64,000 nt of DNA, taken from Octopus vulgaris. Its lineage: Eukaryota. Under the pieces are notes generated by a model, which did not search any database, was not told the origin of the DNA, and worked only from the letters and a program-made list of their open reading frames with translations. Positions 12,666 through 26,174 of this stretch are shown here, piece after piece (within the stretch, counting starts at the first letter, position 1; each line of letters opens with the position of its first letter). The stretch lies in contig OX597815.1 in the NCBI GenBank assembly GCA_951406725.2, positions 80,538,001 to 80,602,000 on the forward strand. The letters run 5' to 3'. The translations under genes and the position numbers were made by a program.

Positions 12666-15600
12666 TTCATATGAGCATATAAATTGAAAAGCGTGTATAC
12701 AAATCTTTACATATGTGTGTCTAAATTTAATTAATTTTATTTATTCACATATGAATTGCCTCTTTGTACCGTTGATCATTACATATCAGTAACGGTGTTC
12801 TCGATTATTTTTTAAAAACCATAAGCACTGTATTTGCATATGCTTTTTATTTATCTTATCCTTTTATCTTATCATCGACCAGGACTGTATACCTTATATC
12901 AGTTTGTCTGTCTCTACTGAACAATAATTGCGCTGAAAAACGGAAGCGTGAAACTCGTTGTAGCGGCGGGAAGATCCTTGATAACCAGTAGAGGATGAGA
13001 AAATGTTTAAAACCCAGTTTGCCAGGCTTACATATTTTGAATTTCTGTGAAACCTTTTAATAATTATGAGTCTTCTATTTTTTGTTTCTCATTTTAACTC
13101 TTTTCCTCGTTTCATTCTCGAATGCTTGTTTGTAATAAAATGTGATTTTTTAAAACATGATTAAATTTAGACGAGTGAAATTATGATTCTTTTTTGTTCA
13201 TTCTCAATACTGTTTCGTTTTTGAAATTTTAATTCATTTCAGATATGACATTCCTGCAACACTAATCGATAATTTAAAATGTAAATTCAATGCCTCCACT
13301 GGAATAGAACATGGTGAATGTGTCACGGATGTGTGATAAAATACCTTATTTCCGTCAAAACAAATCAATAATTTAGAATGAGAAAGCGATGGCTCTCATA
13401 GAAAAGATATGATGAAACACATGAGTATGATCTATGAACTGGTGATAACAGGTTTTAAGTAACTGCACATATTGTCATTTGAAAGTAACCGCGTTGTTTA
13501 GAGAAATATCTCGTTCTATACAAAGTGCAGGGATTAAGTTCAATATGATGCGCCCTGGTTAGAAGTATATAAAGGAAACAGAGCATAAACTATTATCAGC
13601 TGTATTTATTTTAGACGGTGTTAATGATTTGAAAAGTCTTACAGTACATCCTCAAAATAGAAAAGAAAGAAAAGGTAGCAGCTGGGATGGATTCCGTAGA
13701 GGATGTTATAAGACGGCTCTTTACCGATTGATTTTAAGGAATAGTCAGAGGGGGTTCTGTATTATCCATGGCCTTTTACAGGGCTTCTGAATCTGATGGG
13801 TGAAAGGGTCGAAGAAGCTACCACTGACAGGCTGCAGCAGTAGGAAGTGATATATCAGAATGTTTGGTTATTCTAAGATCAGGATATGATTACTTGCAAT
13901 AGAGTAGATACTGCTAAATGCAAAGAAAGGAAAATTGATAGAGTTCAACTATGTCCCGATGAAATCTATCACATAAAGATGCACTATCCATCTGAAAGGA
14001 AACCACGCAGTATTTATATATTCAGTTTTATTCATAATGCTTATATCAATCCAAAGCTGTGGTGGAGAGCACAGTCCAATAGGACTGAACTGGAAACCTT
14101 CTCATTGTAAAGAAAATTCTTAACCAAATGATTATAGTTTCCAACAACCACAATTCACTTTAATGATCATCAATACGAAGAAAGGGAAGAGAAATCCATG
14201 CTGGACCATCTTCTCACTTCTCCCGTCAATGGTTCCTCAACCAAGTTATATGATCTAGAGTGACTTACCACCTCACATTCTGAAGAGGAACCTACTCCAA
14301 CATATCCTTTATTGGTTATCACTTAGCAAAGTCAATTTCAGGTGAAAGTTTTGCAGGAAGCCTTGACTTTTTACATTAAGTAGTTCAAAAAGATTAGAAA
14401 TTCGCTAAGTTGATGCTTAGTAACAGATGAAACCTCTCCAGTAGACCCATATGTTATAGGCGCTCCAATCATGCTCATCATTAAATTTTTATCCACACGT
14501 AATGTATCAAAGATTACATAATCTTGTATGCCCTTCATTTTTTAGACGACAGAGAGTGATCTGAGAGAAGTTAGGCTGTTATTTCTCGGAGGTCGAGTGA
14601 CAACGTGTTTACTTTATTTAACAATAGATTAACAATTTTGAGCATTTCTATACTATATGTTCTTTACATGTTAAACAGATTTAAAAGTATTAATTAGTAT
14701 GTTAGGTAGTGATATCAAGTTATGCAGTTTTGCTTTCGGCAACTAATTTTAACTACGATTGTTTAGGAAGTAAATTAGATTGAACTAGTTTGTCAAATAA
14801 GGAGAGGGAGGATGAGAGAGGGTGGAGAGAGAGAACTATTGAGAAGAAAGAAGTGGAAGGGAGACTGGTAAAGTTTTATATATTTGAGTGTGCGTATGTA
14901 TATTTGTTTATGCGTGATTTTAGATATTGTGTATGTTGTATATCATTATCTCTGTTACCGGGTGAATGTGTAGCTGGTTTAACTAGAATTAGTATAATAC
15001 TTAATCCTACTGTAGTAATATACATGTGAAAACAAATGGCTGTTCCCGCATACATATGATCCTGAAATCTCGAGAACACTGTCTGAACGCTTTCTAAAGC
15101 TTATATCACTTGTTTGGATTCACTGTTAGTAACAAGTATAAGTCTTTAGACAAATAGAAACTACTCAATTCTAAGCATTGGAACGAGTAGAAGCTGGATA
15201 AAGGACTGTCAAAACAGAGAAGACATGAAGCTTCCAACTTAAAGTTTTCTTCTCGCTGCATTGCTGTATGAGTTGCAAAAAGGCGGATGCGAATGTCAAT
15301 TCATTGAGAGAACATTTTTCTTTGAAATGAGGCCATTATACTCTCGTTCCATTTTCAAGGCGTCGAAAAGCAAGAAACGGTAGACAGGATTGGTGATTTG
15401 AAAATAATTTGGTATTTAGTTTCGTCTTTCAAGTCTCTGAGTTCCAGTCTACTAAAATTACCCCAGACGAAATAAGTAGCAGATTTGTAGTGTAGCTTAG
15501 GCAGTCGACTAAATCCAATAAATTCATGAATTTCATCAGTTCGGAGCAAGGATCGAAATACTCTCATTGTTTAATCACTTCCCTTTTCTTGAAACAAACA

Positions 15601-15889
15601 ATTCAAACATACCACCTGATATCTCCATATGGATAATATAGCCTACTGTGCTTTAAGAAGGATGGTCACCACTAGATCGCCTTTGCTTATAAGTCTGACG
15701 AATCGCAACTTTCCTGGGATTAAGCAATAGCTGCAATAATCCTTTTTTGTTGATTTAATTTTTCACATCATATGAACAGTTCATATCTAGCAGTTTTTCG
15801 TTGTTGCTTACGAAATATTTCCATGTCTATCACATTATTAGCAACACTTTCTCCTGCAAAGGAAAAGCAAATACTTCAGCATATGCTGG

Positions 15890-17000
15890 TTTCTAATTTA
15901 AGCACAAAGCAACAACTTTGGAGAAGACGTATCATCAACCGTATTTACCCCAATAATTGATATGTACTTCGACAACTGAAGGATAAACGGCGACGTTAAT
16001 CTTGGGAATATTTAAACACAGAACATAAAACAACGAACAAACGATAGCAAGACATTCTGTCTTGTTCTCTACTGATTATGCTATGTAAATACGTCAGAAT
16101 TTTGTAAAAATAGTTTTGTCTTTTCTGTTTATCATTCTCTTAGCAATATTTCTTGCCATTCAAAGTATATTAGTTTCAAACTTTGGCACAAGGCCAGCGG
16201 TTTCGGGGATGCTCAGCTGGTACTTATTTTATCGGTCCCGAAAGGATGAAAGGCAAAGTCGACCTCGTGGAATTTGAACTCAGAACATAAAGACGGAAGA
16301 AATGTCGCTAAGCATTTTGCTCCGTGTGCTAACGATTCTGCCAGCTCACTACCCTGCAATATTAGCTCTATAAACAACTGTTCGTAATACAGGTACAAGG
16401 CCCTTAGAACAGGAGGGAAACAGTTATTTATAACGACCCCAATACTTGGCTGATGCTTTACATTACCGATCACGAAACGATGAAAGGCAAGGCTGGCCTC
16501 AGCAAAATTTGAGCTCTGGTTTTATAGAGCTGCGAGAAATTCCGTAAGTCTGCCAGTTCACGTTTCTGTGAGGTAAAGTAATAATATTACACATAAAAAG
16601 GAGTGATAGACACAAGCCTTGCAGTATTTAGTTACGTCTCGTTAAATCCTTAGATCAAAAACCCCACCGGAGACGAATTTGCTTTTCATCTTTCGAGAGA
16701 GAAGAAATAATTAACAGTGAAGTACTGGATCAATTTAGTAGACACACATCTTTACCAAATGTGTTTATCGTATACCTATGTTATAAATCCTTATTAACAA
16801 GCATAGGTCGGCGATAGGTTGATGAACTGTCAGAGAGCTTGACAAAATATTCTATGGTATTTAGCTCCGTCAGTTTACATTCAGAGTTTCAAATCGCAGC
16901 CCAGTGAAGTTTTTGAGCCGGCAGAAGTCGATACAAGTCAAATATTGTAACGACTGCCTCATAGTTTGTGGCTTTGTACTGTGTTAGAAATGAATATTAA
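15890..17000. mobile_element. Cluster of diverged family A SINEs (best copy 16170-16350, minus)
   Basis: CCCGAAAGGATGAAAGGCAAAGTCGACCTCG...GAATTTGAACTCAGAAC...ACGATTCTGCCAGCTC, plus several more decayed copies on both strands. Confidence 0.7.
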
Positions 17001-17337
17001 GATGTTGCTTTGGCTTATGTTACTGCCCGTCTTTTGCTTTGCATTCAGGTTATAAAACAATACAATATTTGGAAAATACAAACCTTAGGGAGCACAAATT
17101 ATTTGTACGAAATGTCTTTTCGTATTTAGATACACTCATTTATATATTGCGTTCAAATGAAACGAAAGTGGTTTTTGCTTTACATTCCAGAGCCGTCAAT
17201 CGCCATATCTACAAACGTGCAGGCTTCTGTTGAGTTTAGCAACTAATAAAAATTACTGTAGAAATCCTTGGACATATACGTGTTCACAAGCTCATATATA
17301 TACACCAACACCCCCACCTCATATAATATATATATGC

Positions 17338-17381
<44 letters not shown>

Positions 17382-17628
17382 ATATATATTGTTATTTGAT
17401 ATCTATGAATGTAGTTGGTGTTGTCCTGTATAACGGCAGACACATTGACACAAATCTGTAATAGCAGTAAGCATTAAGCAACAATATGTGTGTACGTATG
17501 TATATGTGTGTTTGTATATATCTATATATATATATATATATGAACATGTATATGTATATATCTATATATACATATATATATACCTATATATATATATACA
17601 TCTCTCTCCCTTTCCCCCTCTCTCCCTT

Positions 17629-17690
<62 letters not shown>

Positions 17691-17736
17691 CACACACCTA
17701 TATGCATACATTCATACAAATATACGTATTTATTTA

Positions 17737-17848
<112 letters not shown>

Positions 17849-18212
17849 TGATATGATATGATATGATATGTCATTGAGAACTGAGTATAGCGTACAGTAA
17901 CATGCAATCGCAACCCTAATGTCGTTGCGCCGATCACAAGCGTCCTACGATTATACGCTTGTTTATGTTTTAGGTTTCTTGCACATATATTGCTTCCCAT
18001 TTCTTACAAGATTTACCGCATTTCAAGCTACTTCTAATATTAGTTGCGTGCTTTCAGGTTCACTTTCCTTCTGGAAATCGTGATATACAAGTGAAACCTT
18101 AAGCCTAAAAGACGGAACAATTATAATAGAGACTTAATTGATTATCTTCAAATATAGACACTCGTGCGCACGCACGAGCACATACACTCCATTGATCATG
18201 TGTGTGTGTGTC

Positions 18213-18246
<34 letters not shown>

Positions 18247-18429
18247 TGTGTATGTGCATAGATAAATACATAGTTATGTATGCATATGTAGGTACATATA
18301 TGTATATATAGATATATAAATATATATATATGTATAAATATATATTTATGTAATGTATATATATATATATGTGTGTGTGTATATGTATGTACATACATAC
18401 ATACATACATACATACATACATACATACA

Positions 18430-18461
<32 letters not shown>

Positions 18462-18469
18462 CATACATA

Positions 18470-19733
18470 CAGAGTATCCCGAAATTAAGGCAAGCGAAAT
18501 TTCGTGCTTTAATAACTATCAGCAAATGTGATATAAAAATTAGACATCATTAGAAAAGCTTAGTGTGTCTTCTTTTTGTTTCAGAGTAAATAAACTCAAA
18601 TTTATAAATTAGATATAGATCGAAATACAATCATAGCCCTCCACAAAGGAAGCGAAAGCAATGCAACTACAGCAAAAAAAAGCTTAAAATTAACCGAACA
18701 ATAGCCTGGAAAATTTTCAAGAAATTTCGAGAGATTGTTTCCACCGTTGGTCAACCTGGACGTGGCCGAAAAAGAAGTGTGCGGATCCCTCAGTTTATGA
18801 AAAGTACCAGACGGAAGATATTGCGAAATCTTCATCGTTCCGTCAGGATACTGGCTGTCACAGCAATAATGAACCGAACATCGATGTTTCAAGTGCTGAA
18901 AGAGGATCTCAGGACCCACCGGTTTCAAGATGATCCGTCGTCATGAGCTCACGCGAGTGTATAAAGCCATGAGACTGGAGAGAAGTCAACTTATCCTGTG
19001 TCAGATTGCTGAAGGCACGCTGCCCAACCTGGTGTTCACTGAGAAAAAGAAAACTGATATCGAAGAAACTGTAAACCACTAGAATGACCGTCTTTGGAGT
19101 GTATCTAACTCTGTTGACGTTGATGCGTAATCCAACGTCAAAATCCACAGTCAGTTATAGTTTGGGCGTCTGTGACTCTCACTGGATGGTCTACCCTCGT
19201 TTTCATACCCTCCGGTGTTAAAATTAACACCCAGCGATACATTAGCGATATTCTGGAAGCTGAACTGCTTCCATGGGCCAATTGTACACTTTCAAGACGT
19301 ACCTTGGAGTCTCCAACAAGACTTAATACTATCCCGCAGCTCCAAACAGACACAACACTGGATTCAGCAAAACATTCCTTCGTTCATAAGCTAGGATGTA
19401 TAGCCCTCAAGAAACCCTGATCTCAACCTGTTTGATCCATTTTGGAGACGAGGGTCTATAGCACTCCTCATGCTTCGCTTGGCGCTCTGAAGGCAAAACT
19501 GTGGCAGAAATTGGCTTCGGTTCCATAAGAACGGCTGCGTACCGCGTGTGAAGCATTTGCCCCGAGATATAAAGCTGTGATTTGAAACAGAAGTAGTGAT
19601 ATCGAATAAATGTGGTAGTGTCATAATTGTGTTTCCTTTACTATTGTATTGCAACTCTCGGACATGAAATATAACTATATTTTGCTTTGGCAACATTGAA
19701 AAAAGTTGGTTGCCTAAATTTTGGGACACTCTG
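18470..19733 (+). mobile_element. Tc1/mariner-superfamily element, DD37D (maT/Bmmar1-like), defective
   Basis: TIRs: CAGAGTATCCCGAAATTAAGGCAAGC (18470) and GGTTGCCTAAATTTTGGGACACTCTG (ending 19733), with TA on the left flank. Broken transposase reads PQSVIVWASVTLTGWSTLVFIPSGVKINTQRYISDILEAELLPWA, then after frameshifts WSLQQD...TQHWIQQNIPSFI...PSRNPDLN. These motifs are typical of DD37D transposases. Confidence 0.85.
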
Positions 19734-19794
19734 TGTATACGTATATGCAAAATGATGCTTTTATAACTGTATGTAACTGTTTCTGTTCTGAAGA

Positions 19795-20306
19795 TAAGAG
19801 GAAGTGGAGAAAGAAAAAGAGGAAAAGAGGAAGTGGAAGAAGAGGAAGTGAAGAGGACGAAGAGAAAGGGAGGAGGAAGAGGATGGGAAGAGGATGGAAG
19901 AGGAAGTGGAGGAAGAAGAGGAAAATGAGGAAGTGAAAGAAGAGGAAGGGAATGAAGTGGAAGGAGAAGTGGAGGAGGAAAAGAAGGAAGTGGAAGAAGA
20001 GGAGGAAGAAGTGGAGGAAGACGAGGAAAAAGAGGAAGTGAAAGAAGAGGAAGGGAAGGAAGTGGAAGAGGAGGAGGAAGAAGAAGAAGCGGAGGAGGAA
20101 AAGAAGGAAGAGGAAGAGGTGGACAAAGGGGAAGAGGAAGGGAAGGAAGTGGAAGAGGAGAAGGAAGAAGAAGAAGTGGAGGAAGAAAAGAAGGAAGAGG
20201 AAGAGGTAGACGAAGGGGAAGAGGAAGGGAAGGAAGTGGAAGTGGAGGAGGAAGAAGGGGAAGGAGAAGAAGAAGTGGAGGGGAATGAGGAGGAGGTGGA
20301 GGAAGC
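19795..20306 (+). repeat. Purine-rich (GAG/GAA) low-complexity tract with internal higher-order repeats
   Basis: About 500 bp of almost only A/G, with recurring GGAAGTGGA and GAAAAGAAGGAAGAGGAAGAGGT blocks. Confidence 0.9.
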
Positions 20307-22154
20307 GATTTTCTTTTCAGTTCGAACTTTATAAATAATACGTTGGAAAATAGTGAATCCTAGCGTGATTGAACACAAACTTTTAAAGCGATTTCTGTGG
20401 ACTGATATTTGCAGGGATAACAACAATGACGCAGCGAGATTTCATGAGGTTTGTTAATCTAGAGACGATCAAATACTGTGGGAAGTAGTAGAAGAATCAT
20501 AGAAGAGAAATAGCGTGTCTGTGAGGCGATGGTTGTGACGTTTTAGTGAAGGCGAATCTGCTTAATGACTTACATTTGGTTTTAGTCTCGGAAGTTTTAA
20601 TAATCACCATCAGAATCATCATCATCTCAGATATGCGAGCTGTACTCTAATGCGTCTCCCATGAGGGATAGCAAAATGTAATGAATGTCCTTATGCTGTT
20701 TAAGTGAAAGTTTCTAACAGGGATTGTTGATTATATGACATTCCTCCCCCTAGAAGTAGAACAAATGCACTTCGGATAGGGAAAGAATATCAAAAGTGAT
20801 GATAGGTAACGTGTGGGGTAGTGTGTTTTAACATGTTGGCACTTCAGACGGTGAGACGCATTGCAATAGTATAAATCGATTAATGAAAGCATAATGTCTA
20901 CATGAACTTCTGTTCTGGATTCTAGACTCTGACATTATTTGGCATTCATGCTATATTATAATTCTTTATACCTATGTCTCTCTCGGTAGCTTGGTAATAA
21001 CATATGTGCAATATTTATTTTAAAGAAGGGTATAAACTTATGAGGACTCAGTACATTACATTTTCAACGCTGCAAGTCGATGCGGTGAAAGAAAACAAAA
21101 TTAAAAAAATTAAGTTGGAGAATATAACAAGTTTTGGGGTCAGAAAGATTTTAGAAACATTACATTGAAGGAACATCGTTAAATAAATTATATTAAAAGA
21201 ATTTCATTGAATAAATCTGTGATACCAACAACGATAGAGCTTGAAAACTTCGTTCAGTGAACGTCAGGTGCTACGAGTCAATTAAATAAAAACAAAAGAG
21301 GAATGCATAAATGTAATATATACAGTCCCTTTGGTAATTTTAGAATTAGAGAAGTGGAAGCGAATTCAGAAAAACCTGGGAAATTCGTAAAACATATGGA
21401 TAAAAATAAAAGAAAAATGGAAGCAAAACCAGTTATGAATTACTATTGAAAATAATAGTTCTGTTACTCTGTGGAATATTTACTCAGTGTAAACTGCAAA
21501 ACGAATATAGATGCAAGGACCAGCGTGACATTAGAACATTAAGAAATCAATTGAACGTAAAATTTTGTTTAAGAACAAGCAATAATAGAATTCTTTTAAA
21601 ATGTGGGGCAGCATGAATGATTGAAAAGTATGCGAAGTATGATAGTAAAACTTATCCTTGTTACGTTAGATCGCACAGATATACACATTCTTTATAACAA
21701 AAATTACAATCAGGAAGAAATGAGGAATTTAAAGGCTAACTGCATAGCTTTTGCTTTTGGGAGTTTTCAAGGGAGTACACATGTTCAATAAAACATTTTC
21801 TGGAGTGTCAATGCTTTCAAGTTATGTTTTCCAGTTATATTGACCTCGAAAATGTGGTGAGGTGAGTCAAAGCAGTCGCGAGCACAATTTCATTTCTCAA
21901 TATAAAGCACGTAACAAAACACTGCAAAATATCTTCACCAAAGGTCTATACATGAATATGCTTTTGTGTATGTATGTATAAGTGTCTGTGTATATGAGTG
22001 CGTTTGTGCCTGAATGTGTGTGTTGAGTAAGGAGTGCGGTTACAGGCTGATTTTCTTTTCGTTATTTTTTACTTTTTATAAACAAAAGTGCGCAAAACAT
22101 ACACAAAAAGATTCTTATACAACTCAACATACCACACGTGAATATGTATTGTTT

Positions 22155-22330
22155 TCTTCTTTAACTTGTTTCAGTCATTTGACTGCGGCCATGCTAGAGC
22201 ATCGCATTAAAGGGTTTTTTTTAATCAAAGAAATCTTTGTACGCCTAGTACTTATTCTATCGTTCTCTTTCGATGAACCGCAATGTTACGAGAACGTAAA
22301 CACACCAACATCGGTTCTCAAGTGATGGTG
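22155..22330 (-). mobile_element. SINE family B 3' fragment
   Basis: ACTTGTTTCAGTCATTTGACTGCGGCCATGCT tail plus GAACCGC...ACGTAAACACACCAACATCGGTT. Confidence 0.75.
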
Positions 22331-22663
22331 TGTTTGAGTTACTGCAGCAGACAGATGTTCGAGAGTGAGGATTTCCTATATGAAGAAAGGGAAAAGCAAT
22401 GTCATACAACAAATTCCCCTCTGAATCCCTAAAAGAACAAGTGCCTACCTTGCAGTTGCGCCTCTTCAATAGTTCTTCAATTCAGGACGGCCTCCAAAGC
22501 GCGTCCCGACAGTGTTCACTTCAGCAAGCAACTAACAAACACGCATGCGTAAGCGAGCTACTTATCACACAGCCACTTCTAGATATTTATATTAATATGT
22601 CTAACTTACACAGAGTACAAACGATAGAGAAAATCAAAGAGGTGGAAGAAAACTGTCATAAGT

Positions 22664-22783
22664 CCAACAGCTGTTTCTAGAGGCTCGGCTATCCATCATA
22701 AGGTTGTTAGTTTAGTTCATCACAATGTGCTGTCATATGGATGCAATTAACATTGGATAAGACGAGCCTCCATCATCAGGGTA
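22664..22783 (-). ncRNA. Candidate hammerhead ribozyme motif (PLE type, long stem II)
   Basis: Minus strand: CTGATGA, then TGGAGGCTCGTCTTATCCA, a 58-nt loop, TGGATAGCCGAGCCTCTA, GAAA and CAGCTGTT. Stem III is palindromic (ACAGCTGT). Stem I is weak. Confidence 0.5.
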
Positions 22784-22974
22784 GAGAAGATCTTACGTTT
22801 CAGATCTTAATGCAGAGAAGTTCAAGGGTGAAACATTTGAACTTTGTGTGAGTTTGACCTATTAATATAAATATCTATCTATCTATACATAAAATTACAT
22901 CATCTGAAAGTTTTCATCTTTTGCTTCCTCTCGTTTTACATGTATACATTTATACAAATGTTGTATTTGATGTT

Positions 22975-23195
22975 GCGGCGAGCTGGCAGAATCGTTAGCA
23001 CGCCGGGCGAAATGCTTAGCGGTATTTCGTCTGTCTTTACGTTCTGAGTTCAAATTCCGCCGAGGTCGACTTTGCCTTTTATATTTTCGGGATCGATTAA
23101 ATAAGTACCAATTACGCACTGGAGTCGATCTAATTGGCTTAATCCCTTTGTTTGTCCCCCCTATGTTTAGCCCCTTGTGGGAAATAAAGAAATAA
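22975..23195 (+). mobile_element. SINE family A (GCCCCTTGTGGG tail variant)
   Basis: Near-consensus GCGGCGAGCTGGCAGAATCGTTAGCACGCCGGGCGAAATGCTTAGCGG... Confidence 0.9.
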
Positions 23196-23904
23196 ATATA
23201 CTTAAAATATTTGATGTCTAATTTGTTTATCCGCATAATTGCTTCTCTCTCTCTTAGCGAATATGTATATATATACATATTCGCACAGAAACATATTTTC
23301 TTTTACTTTTGTACTTGCTTTCATCTTGATGTCTTAAGTTTGGACAAACTAACCTTCATTGAAATTTCCTGGTAGATGAGTGGTTAAAAAGAATGATAAT
23401 CAAATCATGTCTCCATTCCTCAACTGCTGCGAAAGTTTGCAAATGAACTTGACCATGAAATATCATCACCACCACCACTACCAACACCACCACCAATTCC
23501 CCCTTCTCCTCCTCCTACTACTACTAGTACTACTATGATGACGACGACGACGACGATAACACATCCAACTACACTTGGCATCTTGATAAAATATGCATGT
23601 TATAAATTAACGTGTTAGTTCATATGCTGTGGTGGTGGCAACGTAGGCGATGTCGGTGGTGGTGGTGGTGGCAACGGAGGCGATATCTGGTGGTAGCGGT
23701 GGCATCGGTTGCAGTTAGAGAATTCATTTGTATGGATGCTGACTAGATTAAATTTCTGTTAAACAGCTTTTTTTCTGATTTAACCCTAGTTTATCCATTA
23801 AAACCACCTTCTTTTCAGACAAAATATCATGTTATATATCATATAAATTATATTATATTATACTATATTATATTATATTATATTATATTATATTATATTA
23901 TATA

Positions 23905-24070
23905 TTCTTTTCTACTCGAGGCTCAAGGCCCGAAATTATTGAGGAGAAGGCTAGTCGATTAGATCGATCCCAGAACGCAAATGGTACTTAATTTATCGAT
24001 CCTGAAAGGATGAAATGCAAAGTCGACCTCGGTGGAATTTGAACTCAGAAAGTAAAGACAGACGAAATAA
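23905..24070 (-). mobile_element. Truncated family A SINE within a (TTATA)n satellite
   Basis: Central domain and B-box on the minus strand, flanked by TTATA repeats at ~23850-23905 and ~24070-24210. Confidence 0.8.
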
Positions 24071-24448
24071 TATTATATTATATATTATATACATTATATT
24101 ATAAAATATATAAATTATATTATACAATATATTATATATTATATAAATTATAATATATTATATATATATTATATAAATTATATAATATTATATAAATTAT
24201 ATTATATTACTAGCTTAAAAGCCGCCCGATAGGAGCTGTGGAGAGCTCTTCATTGGGTTTTGAGCCCAATAATGACACTTCATGCATTGAGCACATTTTA
24301 TATTTGTTTAAACTTGACCAATATTTTTCGAGGAATGAACAATTTTCGTCAAACAATGATATGTCGACTTGGAAATTATTGCAAAGCTTCATGATAAACA
24401 ATATTTTTTGTCTTCCCATTCGAGGGTCAGTACAATTTTTTTCTGTTT

Positions 24449-24500
<52 letters not shown>

Positions 24501-25736
24501 ATCTATCTCTCTCTTTCTTTCTGCTGATTGTTTTCAGCCATCACCATCACCAGTACACCCACCATCGTCACCACAACTGCCATACACACACCATTCCGAC
24601 TTTTGACACCACCACCATCAACACCTTTGACTTCGCCGCCTTCTCCTCCACCATCATCACCACTGTCTTTCGCATCCCTTACTATCACCATCATGTTTAA
24701 CCGCCTCAGGTACCACCACCATCATTACCGTCGCCTCCGTCTCTATCACAACTACAGCTCACACTATTGCTATCCCCTCATTACCATCTCAACTGTCAAT
24801 ATACTACCGCCCTCACTGTCCCTATGCCTACTCTTACTCTCACCCTAGCAAGAGGAGTAAAAGAAGTGTCGTTGTATAGTGAGAGAGTGGGCCAAATTGT
24901 GACACACTGACACACAGAAATTCGTTTTGGCATTTATTATTATAGATATCATATATTATATAAAATATAATATATTATATTTCATATGAATTATACCATA
25001 TAAATTATATTATATTATATTATATTATATTATATTATATTATATTATATTATATCATTTTATATTATATTATATTATATTATATTATATTATATTATAT
25101 CCCCCTATGTGTTCTGCCTTCTCTTTAACACAGAAAATTTAGTTGCCGTTTCTGAAAGATCGTACGACCGTGTAGACTTTCTCTCTCTCTCTCGATTCTT
25201 CTTTTTTTTTTGTTAGTCTTTTTTTCTTGACTTAGTACACGACTCCCAACTGTAATTAACACAGAGTCAATGAAATGTACACAGACTTAAATGGCACGAT
25301 TCTTGACGCATGTTAGTCTGTTTCCTACAGAACGGACAAGATCTTTCAGTACACTAAAGTCAATGATGCGCAGAGTGTAATTAACTACACTGCAGTTGGC
25401 ACAAGAAGATGCTGTGTTCAGCTGCATGAGACATATCTTTCTAACATACAGATATCTGGGGGTGGTACGTCACAGAAGTTACTTTATATGTTACTATATC
25501 ATTGGTTTATTGAGATTCTCTAGTGAAACTCGAAATCTCCCTAATCTGCTTCCTGGTGACGTGCTTCGTTATTAACTTGGCTTTTAACCTAAAATAATCT
25601 TCGCAGCAAGACTAAATATGTTTACATACACGTAGCAGATCATGTCATATGATGGCTGCGTGGTGAAAGATATACTGAATTTCATTATTTGATTCTAAAG
25701 ATAAATATATTCTGTCAACGATACGGATATGTTTTA

Positions 25737-25771
<35 letters not shown>

Positions 25772-25775
25772 AGGT

Positions 25776-25992
25776 AGGATGCTGAGCAGGCAGAATAGTT
25801 ACCGCGCCGGAAAAAATGCTTAGCGGCCTTTCTTCCGACTGTACGTTCTGAATTCAAATTCCACCGGAATCGACTTTGCCTTTCATCCTTTCGGGATCGA
25901 TAAAATAAGTACCAGCTGAACAGTGGTGTCGATATAATCCACTAGCTCCTATGTCCGATGTTGCTGGTCTTGTGCCAAAATTTGAAACGAAT
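25776..25992 (+). mobile_element. SINE family A
   Basis: Head, B-box and CCTTTCATCCTTTCGGGATCGATAAAATAAGTACCAG. Confidence 0.85.
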
Positions 25993-26174
25993 ATATAAGG
26001 ATGTATATATCTATAGATATATTTACATTGACAGACCTTTTATATCTCAGAATAATAAAACTTGCTGTATGTAGATGCACCGCTACACGTTAACAATTTG
26101 CATTACTCAGAGGACAACCTCAGGTTTCCTATTCTAAAATCATGAACCAGTCTTGTAATCAGGCCGATTGAACT

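Noticed and set aside
15500-15545. Hammerhead at minus-strand CTGATGA (15533-15539), and similar CTGATGA at ~5386 and ~8978
   Set aside because: No GAAA follows the stem, so the catalytic core is incomplete.
19761-20426. Glu-rich (plus) and Ser-rich (minus) ORFs as real CDS
   Set aside because: Both arise from the purine tract. There is no domain and no supported splice structure.
20980-21900. A-rich stretch resembling an ancient retroelement ORF
   Set aside because: No recognisable motif or sustained reading frame.
22975-23060. tRNA genes at SINE heads (also 26500-26585 and 52040-52119)
   Set aside because: A/B boxes are present but there is no complete cloverleaf, and each continues into a repeated SINE body.
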